The notes: generated by a model not told the origin, from the letters alone. 19,794 nt of DNA from Octopus sinensis (GCF_006345805.1 NW_021823943.1:1-19794), one strand, 5' to 3'; counted from the stretch's first letter, positions 1-8,967 are shown. Program-made: numbers and translations.

Positions 1-98
1 TATATGTTATATATATATATATATATCTATTATATATAAGATATAGATATATATGTAATATATATACATATATATATATATTATATATATATATATAA
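1..98. repeat. Degenerate (TA)n microsatellite
   Basis: Interrupted TA dinucleotide run, seen directly. Confidence 0.95.
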
Positions 99-364
99 TT
101 GCTTAATCAAAGTAGTAGCAAGGATGATCAGTTATTTATTAAGTTGTTAAACTCAATATTCTTAGAATGTAGGGTATCATTAGTAAGCTCCGGTGACGGG
201 ATACGATGAATCCGTTGTATTCCTGACCTCTGCACCATAATGTGTGCGCACGTGAACAGGTTGAAACTCAGAGAACTGCGCTGCAGGCAACCGTCGTTGT
301 GTTCCGTGAGCTTAAGGTGAACGAAAACTCGTCCAAATAAGTTCTCACCCTTTTCGACCATTGG

Positions 365-497
365 ACCATTTACCTTTTGTTCTCAAACGGTCGATAAAGT
401 ACCAATACGAAATGCATAGATCAATATAATCGATTTAAAAGATAACCGTGGAAGTTGGTGCGCCAACACAGCTGCTACACTAAACATTAATAACTGG
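365..497 (+). mobile_element. Highly decayed SINE fragment (central domain plus 3' part)
   Basis: TTTACCTTTTGTTCTCAAACGGTCGATAAAGTACCA...ATATAATCGATTT resembles TTTGCCTTTCACTCTTTCGGGGTCGATAAATTAAGTACCAG...CTAATCGACT of the 17022 copy. GTTGGTGCGCCAACAC...TAATAACTGG loosely resembles the SINE tail near 4360-4400. Confidence 0.45.
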
Positions 498-1309
498 TTA
501 TATAAATTTGCGTGTGTGTTTGTGTATGTATGTATGCGTGTATATGCATATCCATACACACGCTCACAGTCACTTACATAAACACACAGACCACTATGGC
601 CTCCAAGAGAAATTTTACCAGATAATAGGAAGTTACTTCAGACTCCCATCCTCTGAGGAAGTATAATGGATCTTTCTCCCTAATCAAGGCTTCACAGAGT
701 TTCCTCATGGATCTTCCTATCAGTATTGGTCAAAACCTGTCTCATAAGCTTTGCATACAAGATGCATCTGTTAAAAACATGCACACACGAAACTTTGATG
801 TAAAAACAAGCATTTCTTCTCTAGCTGTGAAATCTTAGGTTTCATGCCAGCCTGCATTCGTTAGCGACGTGAAATGAACTTTGTTGACTGACAATCTATT
901 TTGTTCCGTCAGTAGGATCGAATTTACCAAATAGAAGAACTGACGAACTGAAACCTCCCACCTGTCACAGAATTACAAGCGATCCGATTATAATTGCTTT
1001 CACCTCATTCTGCATTAAAGCACTCTTCTCTGGCAAAGTGCATCAAGTATATTTTATTTATTCTTCTCTCTTCGTATTTCATATTCTGGAGCGGAAATGC
1101 AGAGTGCTTGATAGTTTTGTCAATATAAGATTTACGGAGCATGTCATGCTTACATGCAACATATACGGGCATCTATTGATCGATCGATTTCTTTGTATAC
1201 TCAACGATCAAACTAATTTTGTGTTTATATAATTATCAATTTGTATGTTGAGTCTGTGCATATCTGTGTATTTATACATACATAAGTATGTATGAATGTG
1301 TATATATGC

Positions 1310-1310
<1 letters not shown>

Positions 1311-1359
<49 letters not shown>

Positions 1360-1466
1360 CGAACTAATCAACAATCTATCGAAACGTGATGTGTAACTTT
1401 TCCTCGTGCATTTATCTGACCACATAATTCCACACACACACACACACACACACACACCACACACAC
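1311..1466. repeat. (TG)n at 1311-1359 and (CA)n at 1431-1466
   Basis: Two complementary dinucleotide runs about 70 bp apart. Confidence 0.95.
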
Positions 1467-1624
1467 TTAGGTATAATTATTTTCTCTTTAGCCGTAGATT
1501 TAAATCGGCCATATTTGTTTTCTGTCATTATTTCACAGAGACGAAAGCGAATAGATGGATGCGAAAGCTGATGTGTTATTTACTTCGTGATATTACAGCT
1601 GTTCGCTGATTATACAACTTCGCA

Positions 1625-1820
1625 TTCGACCGGCAATTTTAGGGCAAGGGGGTTACTCTATTACATCGGCCCCACTACTCCACTGGTACTTATTCTATCA
1701 ACTTCGAATGAGAATCACTCTCGTCGGGGTCCGAACTCTGAATGTAAAAAAACCCGCAAAAAATATTGCAAAGCACTTTGTCCGATAGGCTAACGTATCT
1801 GCCAGATCAGCTGGCCACCC
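1625..1820 (-). mobile_element. Decayed tRNA-derived SINE, family A
   Basis: Collinear with the 2713-2926 copy: TACATCGGCCCCA, CTGGTACTTATT, GAACTCTGAATGTA, AAAGCACTTTGTCCG, GCTAACGTATCTGCCAG. Confidence 0.75.
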
Positions 1821-1880
1821 TAACGACAATAACAACAGCAGAAGCAGTAACAACAACAACAATAATAACGATAATAATAG

Positions 1881-1972
1881 TTTAAAAGTTTGGCACTCGG
1901 CCAGCAAATTCGAGGGAGGAGAATAGTCGATGCCATTTTGCCTAACGTGCCAACGATTCTACCAACTCGATC
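1881..1972 (-). mobile_element. Internally deleted SINE family A copy (3' end joined to 5' head)
   Basis: TTTGGCACTCGGCCAGCAAATTCGAGGGAGGAGAATAGTCGAT (3' part) joined directly to CATTTTGCCTAACGTGCCAACGATTCTACCAACTCG (head). The middle is missing relative to the neighbouring copies. Confidence 0.6.
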
Positions 1973-1973
1973 C

Positions 1974-2009
<36 letters not shown>

Positions 2010-2026
2010 GTAATAATAATAATAAT

Positions 2027-2238
2027 CTTTTCTACTATAGGCACAAGACTTGAAATTTTGGGGGAAGGAACTGGTCGATTACATCGACCCCAGTGTTTCA
2101 CTGATACTTAATTTATCGACCTCGAAAGGATGAAAGGCAAAGTTGACCCCGATAGAATTTGAACTCAGAACGTAACGAAGGGCGAAATACCGCTTAGCAT
2201 TTCGTCCAGCGTACTAACGATTCTGTCAGCACTTCACC
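2027..2238 (-). mobile_element. Full-length tRNA-derived SINE, family A (octopus OR-type, Meta-domain-like central region)
   Basis: Minus strand has a tRNA-like head, B-box-like GAGTTCAAATTC, central CTTTGCCTTTCATCCTTTCGAGGTCGATAAATTAAGTATCAG and an (ATT)n tail at 1977-2026. Collinear with copies at 2713, 6600 and 17022. The family name is from recall. Confidence 0.9.
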
Positions 2239-2313
2239 TTAACAACAACAGTAATAATAATAATAATAATAATAACATAAATACTAATAATAATAATAAT
2301 AATAATAATAATA

Positions 2314-2670
2314 GTATCAATACCAGCAGATGACAACGTGTCTCTAAAAGAAATGGAGAACTTTCAAAATACAAAGACCTGGAATAGAGGTACTCAGAAT
2401 GTGGAATCTAAAACAGAAACAATTCCTATCATAGTAGGTGCATTAGGCATGATAAAAAAATATTCAGACAAATACATAACAAAAACACCAGGACTTACAA
2501 ACACATATAACATACAGAAAATTGCACTACTAGGCACTGCACACATCCTACGCAGAACACTTTCCATACAATAACCATCAGAGCATCACAATAAATCATA
2601 GCACATACCCAAGGCACACAGAGCTGCGCTCGGTAGTGAAGTGAAAGCATGCTATAAAAATAAAAATAAA
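2314..2670 (+). mobile_element. 5'-truncated R4/Dong-clade non-LTR retrotransposon: C-terminal restriction-like endonuclease region plus 3' UTR
   Basis: Correcting a few single-base indels gives VSIPADDNVSLKEMEKLSKYKDLEIEVTRMWNLKTETIPIIVGALGMIKK...IQKIALLGTAHILRRTLSIQ* (stop ends 2574). The K..KY.DL and PIIVGALG motifs are typical of RLE-type LINEs. An A-rich 3' end follows and (AAT)n flanks both sides. Confidence 0.85.
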
Positions 2671-2712
2671 ATTTTTTTTAATAATAATAATAATAATAAC
2701 AATAATAGTAAT

Positions 2713-2926
2713 CCTTTCTACTGGAAGCACAAGGCCTCAAATATGGGGGAAAGGATTAAGTCGAATACATCGACCCCAGTGCGTAACTGGTATTTATTTA
2801 ATCGACTCCGAAAGGATGAAAGGCAAAGTCGACCTCGGCGGAATTTGAACTCAGAACGTAGCGGCAGACGAAATATACCGCTAAGCATTTCGCCCGGCGT
2901 GCTAACGTTTCTGCCAGCTCGCCGCC
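2713..2926 (-). mobile_element. Full-length, well-preserved SINE family A
   Basis: Reverse complement begins GGCGGCGAGCTGGCAGAAACGTTAGCACGCCGGGCGAAATGCTTAGCGG, then B box GAGTTCAAATTCC, central GTCGACTTTGCCTTTCATCCTTTCGGAGTCGATTAAATAAATACCAG and an (ATT)n tail at 2680-2712. Confidence 0.92.
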
Positions 2927-2927
2927 T

Positions 2928-3138
2928 TAACAACAACAGCAGCAACAACAACAACAAAACAATAATAATAATAATCATAATCATAATAATAATGATATTA
3001 ATAATAAAGTTAAGGTTTTAATATGATACAATTATGCTATTTGCACGGCGAATGCTTCAGTTTATGGCAATGGCGACAGCACTGCTAATGATGGGATGAT
3101 GATGATGATGATGATGATGATAAAATCAACAACAACAA
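2928..3138. repeat. (AAC)/(AAT) and (GAT)n trinucleotide tracts
   Basis: AAC/AAT runs at 2928-3007 and a GAT run at about 3096-3121. Confidence 0.85.
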
Positions 3139-3493
3139 TGCAAACAAATATTGAGACAACATTGTCTTAACTTTCCATCTTTTTTTTTCTCTTCTTTCTC
3201 ACCTACATGCCCCCTTCCCAACCCCCCAACCCCACCCTAAATGCCCCCCCCCCGCCGCTCCACCGCCACCATCTCCACCTGACTTACATTTATACATAAC
3301 AACATAACACGCCGTAACCATTTATATTGCCCGCCAGACATTTGCAGCTATTTAGCAATGCCTCTCACGGAGTCAATTGACATTGTAAAAATCCACTAAA
3401 CACACCCTTCCAGGGGTGACCCTCTCCTCCTCCTACCATCGCTGCACCACTATATTGACTCTTACACTTTCTCTTCAACTTGTTTTTCCATAC

Positions 3494-3494
<1 letters not shown>

Positions 3495-3549
<55 letters not shown>

Positions 3550-3590
3550 TATCATTCTATTTTAATACTACTACTACTACTACTACTATT
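3495..3590. repeat. (ATT)n and (ACT)n microsatellites
   Basis: Seen directly. Confidence 0.95.
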
Positions 3591-3914
3591 ATCATCATAG
3601 CTTTTTTGTTTGTTGGTTTTACTTTTAATCCCGTCGTTTCGTTAAATGCCTCTTTTAGTGAGTGTGACGATGTCTGTGTATGCTTTACTTAGTTTTCCGT
3701 ATGTATATGTAATATAACTGTGAATTGGGTGCGTGCGTGTGTGTGTGTGTGTGTGTGTGTATAAATACGTGTTAAGATGCGTTTGAGTATATGTGTATAT
3801 ATGTATATGCGTGTATATGTGTCTGCGTATGTTTGGTACAAACGTAATCTTAAAGCGTTCTATGCTGATGTCTGTTCGTCAACGACTTCACAGTCTCAAT
3901 AAACTTAATCTTCA

Positions 3915-3955
3915 ACACATCTGTTTACACACACATCTGTTTACACACACATCTG

Positions 3956-4002
<47 letters not shown>
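3915..4002. repeat. Three 16-bp units (ACACACATCTGTTTAC) grading into (CA)n
   Basis: CATCTGTTTAC at 3918, 3934 and 3950 (16-bp period), then pure (CA)n at 3961-4002. Confidence 0.95.
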
Positions 4003-4004
<2 letters not shown>

Positions 4005-4207
4005 AGGCGCCTGCGCGCCTCTGCCTTTCTCCTTCCGTCTATATTTATCCGTCCATTTATCTCTTTAGCTCTTACTCATTGTCTCTATTTCGATCCCTCT
4101 CTTAATGTTCATTTAAGTATCGATTTATCCAGCCAGTAGTCTTCTGTCTGTCTGTCTGTCTATTGTGGTGAGGGGGATGCATATATCTGTGTGTTCGCGC
4201 CTTTCAC

Positions 4208-4405
4208 TGTGTTTGTCACTCACTGCTTTTCAACCACAGATGGTTTGTTTACGTCCTGGTAACATAGTGTTTGGCAAATATAACTGAGAGAATAAATCCA
4301 CCACGTTAAAAGAAACGCAAGTCAGAACTGGGAATCGATTTTGTCAAATATCCTCTTCAAGGCTGTGCCCCAGAGTGGCCGCAGCACACTGACTGAAACA
4401 AGAGT
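4208..4405 (+). mobile_element. 3' half of SINE family B
   Basis: TGTGTTTGTC...TGGTTTGTTTACGTCCTGGTAACATAG...CTGGGAATCGATTT...CAAGGCTGTGCCCCAGAGTGGCCGCAG...TGACTGAAACAAG matches the recalled 3' part of an abundant octopus SINE. The same tail motif recurs at about 14385. Confidence 0.7.
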
Positions 4406-4488
4406 AACGCACGCACACACACACACACACACACACAAACGCACATATTTCTGTCTTGTAAACTATGTATCATGCTATATACATAGAT

Positions 4489-4794
4489 GTGGAGGCGCGT
4501 AGCTTTGGTTAGGGTGATGCAGTCAAGCTCCTAAGGTTCTGGTTTCGATTCCTGGATGGGCGATGCGTTTATTTGAGCAAAGCACCTCACTTAACGTTGC
4601 TTCATTCCGCTCAGGCAAAAGTGAATTATCTTATGACGGACCATCGTCCCATCCAGGAGATGAATATAGACGTTGCTCTGCGATCACTTCGTCGCCTGAG
4701 CGCTACGGTACAGCATATACATTGATTACTATAAACGAATCATCTGTGCAGCTCGTTCGGTAAAAAGTTGAACACCTCACACGTCGTCTTCGAC
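4489..4794 (+). mobile_element. tRNA-derived SINE family C (CORE-like domain)
   Basis: Head GGAGGCGCGTAGCTTTGGTTAGG (A box), GGTTTCGATTCC (B box), CORE-like TTGAGCAAAGCACCTCACTTAACGTTGCT. The 3' end CGTCGTCTTCGAC resembles the tail of the 14794 copy. Possible TSD TATATACATA at 4476-4485 and 4796-4805 (low complexity). Confidence 0.8.
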
Positions 4795-4928
4795 ATATAT
4801 ACATACAACTACATAACACCACACACACACAATATATATCTAATACATATATATATATATAATATATATATAGATATATATATATATATTATATTAATAT
4901 ATTATATATATATATAAATAATATAGAT

Positions 4929-5059
4929 GACAGGCGCCTTTCGGTTCCGACTACCAAATCCACTCACAAGGGTTTGGTTGGCCCCGAGGCTATAGTAGAA
5001 GACACTACCCAAGGTGCCACGCAGTGGAACTGAACGGAACCATGTGGTTAGGAAGCAAG
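4929..5059 (-). mobile_element. 5' half of SINE family B (tRNA head and CORE domain)
   Basis: Reverse complement reads CTTGCTTCCTAACCACATGGTTCCGTTCAGTTCCACTGCGTGGCACCTTGGGTAGTGTCTTCTACTATAGCCTCGGGGCCAACCAAACCCTTGTGAGTGGATTTGGTAG, then a TA microsatellite (4795-4925). Confidence 0.85.
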
Positions 5060-5144
5060 ATCACACACACACATGCAGCGCGCGCCCCCACGCACATATA
5101 TATAATATATTATATATATATATTATCTTTCTCTTTTTTATATA

Positions 5145-5272
5145 TATTATTCCCGTACAAGAATAATATTCCCAGTGACTTCGATGCTAAGCCATCGTCA
5201 GCAGTTGGACGATGGCTTAACTAACAGGAACTTCGGAGTCACTGTCAACATCATTCTCGTATAAGAATAATA
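5145..5272. repeat. Fold-back (inverted repeat) element, MITE-like
   Basis: Outer arms 5145-5184 and 5233-5272 are ungapped reverse complements (31/40 by manual count). Inner perfect 12-bp stem TAAGCCATCGTC (5188-5199) / GACGATGGCTTA (5208-5219) with an 8-nt loop. Confidence 0.85.
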
Positions 5273-5440
5273 AATTTGCATTCAACAAAAATATAGAGTC
5301 AGCAGCCATCAGATCAATGTCAAACTGAACATACAAAGAAGCATTCATATATATATGGTGCTTTACAGTGGTTTAAAGCTTTAGCTCTTATTTCTAGCAG
5401 GTTGATGTTTTTCTACAACCTTACACTTCGTACTAATTTG

Positions 5441-5442
<2 letters not shown>

Positions 5443-5472
<30 letters not shown>

Positions 5473-5570
5473 TGTATGTATGTATGTATGTATGTATGCA
5501 TGTTTGTATCTATGTATGTATGTATGTATGTATGCATGCATGTATGAATGTATGTATGTATGAATGTATG
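5443..5570. repeat. (TATG)n microsatellite
   Basis: Seen directly. Confidence 0.95.
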
Positions 5571-6030
5571 TACACATGCATTCTTTCTATCTATCTATTA
5601 TATATTAATATATGATAAACATATATATATACACACACATTTCTCTATTTATTGTGTATCATTATATAGTAAATATATATCTATCTATTGATTTAGTTTG
5701 CAGTGTCTCTCGCTTTTTATGTCTTCCATTTACGTCCTACATGCGCAGCCACTGACATAACCAACGAAACTTGGCAGTCAGTCGATCTAAACAGACGTAA
5801 AGCTGCTTTCTCTGTCGCTATGTTTCTCCTCGCAACTGCGAAACTCTCCATAACACTTTGCCATAATCCTTCACTCCCTGTCTCTTAATCTTCATTTTAT
5901 CCCGCTTCTTCTCTTCCCTCCCTCACTCCCTCCCCAGCTATCTGTCTGTCAGCCATTCGCCCCTTTTCTCTTCCTGTCTATGTAATTATCTAATACCCTC
6001 TCATTAAAGGACCGCACTCAAACGATTAAC

Positions 6031-6181
6031 GCCAATCCTTGCCAATGGAGTTCTCTATTTACCGTAAACTTCAGCGGAAAAGTAAAAGGAAAAAACAAAA
6101 ACAAGAACAAAAAATCGATCTTTTTATAAAGCGATGATTTTACCGCCGTGCGCGCTGCTGGAGTTGTATTGCGCCTGCGCA
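6031..6181. promoter_or_regulatory. Candidate regulatory island (two CCAAT boxes, NRF1-like site)
   Basis: GCCAAT at 6031 and 6041, and TGCGCCTGCGCA at 6170-6181, in unique CpG-containing sequence. Motif match only. Confidence 0.3.
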
Positions 6182-6210
6182 TTGTTATGTAATATTATCA
6201 TTGAATGAAA

Positions 6211-6256
6211 TGTGTGTGTGTGTGTGTGTGGTGTGTGTGTGTGTGTGTGTGTGTGT
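6211..6256. repeat. (TG)n microsatellite
   Basis: Seen directly. Confidence 0.95.
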
Positions 6257-6489
6257 AACGATAAAGCAACGTAAGTGTGCAGCGCCAATTAAAAGAAATA
6301 TCCCACAGCACCAACAATTTGATAGGAGAGAAGGTAGTGGTGGGGGTAGAGGGGGAGGGTAGTATATCGGATTAAGATGATTGCAGTAAATGGATCGATT
6401 GATATTATATTGATCTTCTGAAGAAAAAATGTACAAGGTGAAGTTTGGTAAATCGGGCCACGTTTTATTTGTTTCACAACACTGAAGAG

Positions 6490-6514
6490 CTCGGCGGGAT
6501 TTGAACGCAGGACA
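6490..6514 (-). mobile_element. Short SINE family A B-box fragment
   Basis: CTCGGCGGGATTTGAACGCAGGAC matches CTCGGCGGAATTTGAACTCAGAAC at 2834-2857. Confidence 0.55.
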
Positions 6515-6599
6515 AACGGATAATTGAACGGCACTAGCTTATAATGTTTTTTGTTCTATCTCGGTAGGGTCATTATCCCATTAATAAACGCACGCACTG

Positions 6600-6801
6600 T
6601 GGAAAGACCGTTAGCACACCGGGTAATATTCTTAGCTGCATTTCGTCCGTCTTTACGTTCTGAGTTCAAATTCCGCCAAAGTCGACTTTGCCTTTTATCT
6701 TTTCGGGATCGATAAAATAAGGATCAGTTGAGTACTGGGGTCGAAGTTATTGATTTACCCCCTTCCCCCGGGACTGCTGGACTTGTGCCAAAATTTGAAA
6801 C

Positions 6802-6853
<52 letters not shown>

Positions 6854-6854
6854 T
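6600..6854 (+). mobile_element. SINE family A with (ATT)n tail
   Basis: CGTTAGCACACCGGG...TTACGTTCTGAGTTCAAATTCCGCCAAAGTCGACTTTGCCTTTTATCTTTTCGGGATCGATAAAATAAG...CTTGTGCCAAAATTTGAAACC, then (ATT)n at 6803-6854. Confidence 0.9.
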
Positions 6855-6864
6855 ATCAATATGT

Positions 6865-6971
6865 GCAGACTTTGCTGTGTGGTAAGAAGCTTGCTTCTCA
6901 ACCACATGGTTCCGATTTCAAGGCCATGCAGTGGGACTAAACTCGAGACCATGTAGTTGGGACACATGCTT
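6865..6971. mobile_element. Two fused, oppositely oriented SINE family B heads
   Basis: Plus-strand head GCTGTGTGGTAAGAAGCTTGCTTCTCAACCACATGGTTCCGATTTCA, followed directly by minus-strand head TGCAGTGGGACTAAACTCGAGACCATGTAGTTGGGACACATGCTT. Both match 5020-5059. Confidence 0.75.
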
Positions 6972-7295
6972 ATGTATTTGTGTATGCGTGAGTGAGTGAG
7001 TGTGCGCTTGCGCGCATTCACTTGCGTGTCTATTTTCATTTACACATATGCTACTTTGCATGTGTACAAAGTGTGCCGTTGGCTCCCCACAGTGTAAGGC
7101 ACGTGGCACGCTTCATGGAAATTGCATTAGATTGACCTTCTTGGAACGAATGTGACAAAACACAGAAGGGAAACTGGAACCGGGTGGGATATGCTTGGGT
7201 GTGGCTAGAGAGGGCTTTGGATACGGACGACGGGAGATGTTCGATCCAGCCTGTCGTAGATGGACGTCAACAAACGCCGTCAGCAACCGTGTCAT

Positions 7296-7443
7296 TGTTG
7301 TTGTTGTTGTGTTGTTGTTGTGGTGGTGGTGGTGGTGGTGGTGGTGTTATTTATGCTGTGTCTCCATCTGTCTCTATTGTGTTGTAGAACAGTCTGTAAG
7401 GTATTAATGAGTTTTATAGCAAGGAACAATGATAGACTAGATA

Positions 7444-7482
<39 letters not shown>
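7296..7482. repeat. (TTG)n(TGG)n at 7296-7346 and (TA)n at 7441-7482
   Basis: Seen directly. Confidence 0.9.
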
Positions 7483-7485
<3 letters not shown>

Positions 7486-8214
7486 GGCTTAATTGATAAT
7501 ATCGAGTGGCACAAATTTGCATTTGCCACGTGTTTTATCAATCTCTATTTCTCGATCAGTCAGGTTACACGGCATGAAAGCACAGAACATGAGTACACAT
7601 TTTCTTTTGTTGTTGGCTCTAATAAAACTAAATAGAGACAAATGTATGTATATATGCATACATGTAGTCATATATGTATGCATACATATGTGAGTGTATG
7701 CGTTTATGTAGGCATATATACCGTCCCCACCTCACACACACACACGCAGACGTACGGTGGGGGGTGGATATGACTTATACACTCGTCTAACTAGTTTACT
7801 GATTACAATACTTATGGTGATGTTTACTTTTCATTGACATAAATACATCAAATACGGTCATATGATCGCTCTTATGAAGATTGCTATACACGCATTTAAA
7901 TATATACCTGCTTTTACACAAATACTACGTTTCACACGTCTCATACATACATACATACACACAGACCCATACATAAATGCGCGCGTGCATACGTTATACG
8001 ATTTGACGCATGCTAGGTTGTTTGCGCTCTGTTATTCATGTCGTAAAGAGCTAGACACTTCAAAATGGCCGCTAAAATGTAACCCGATCCAATATGGCCG
8101 CATTATAATCAAGGAATTAGTGAAACAGTTAGGTGGAAGGAGGACAAAAGATAAATCAACATATAACCATATGGAGTCTGTGTGCCAGTGCATATAAATG
8201 TGTGTATGAGCGCG

Positions 8215-8427
8215 TATGTATGTATATATATATATATATATATATATACATACATATATATGTATATATATATATATATAATATACATATATATATATAT
8301 ATATATTACATATATATATCTATATATACATATATTGTGTGTATATATATATATATATAACATATATATGTGTGTATATATATATATATACACACATGTG
8401 TATATATAATATATATATATATGTATA

Positions 8428-8467
<40 letters not shown>

Positions 8468-8688
8468 GTATATATCCGTGCATACATGCATATGAATACA
8501 CACACACCATTCACCCACGCGTACATACACACACCACACATGTATATCTTCAGAGCGGCATATGTGTATATATGTCTTCACTGCCACATATGTGTATATA
8601 TTTATACACATACACACGCACACACACATTTTTTTTCAAATGACGCGAATATGTGTACAACCATTATCTAGTAACTATGTACAATTTA

Positions 8689-8736
<48 letters not shown>

Positions 8737-8900
8737 TGTACGTGTTAGAGAGAGAGAGAGAAAGAGAGAGAGAGTAAGAGAGAGAGAGTAAGACAGTAAG
8801 CACTGACAAAATGCCATTGAATGTAAAAAGCAAGATATTTGATGAGAAACGATCAAATCGAGGTACACGCACGCACACACGCACACACACACACTGACAC
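8215..8900. repeat. Compound (TA)/(CA)/(TG)/(AG) microsatellite block
   Basis: TA-rich 8215-8475, CA-rich to about 8630, (TG)n 8693-8733, (AG)n 8747-8788, CA 8865-8895. Confidence 0.95.
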
Positions 8901-8967
8901 GCGCGTATACACCCACACTCCCACAGAAACACGCATACAATGAGACCAGACGAGTCAGCGTTCATAA

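Noticed and set aside
2338-2574. 78-aa ORF as a host gene
   Set aside because: It is the C-terminal remnant of a LINE ORF, partly in shifted frames.
2641-3021. 126-aa ORF containing 'ERQSRPRRNLNSER'
   Set aside because: Antisense translation of a SINE plus microsatellites; the similar peptide at 17060-17284 has the same origin.
7140-7295. GC-richer unique stretch as a coding exon
   Set aside because: No recognisable protein in the listed frames, no convincing splice sites, and it runs into TTG/TGG repeats.
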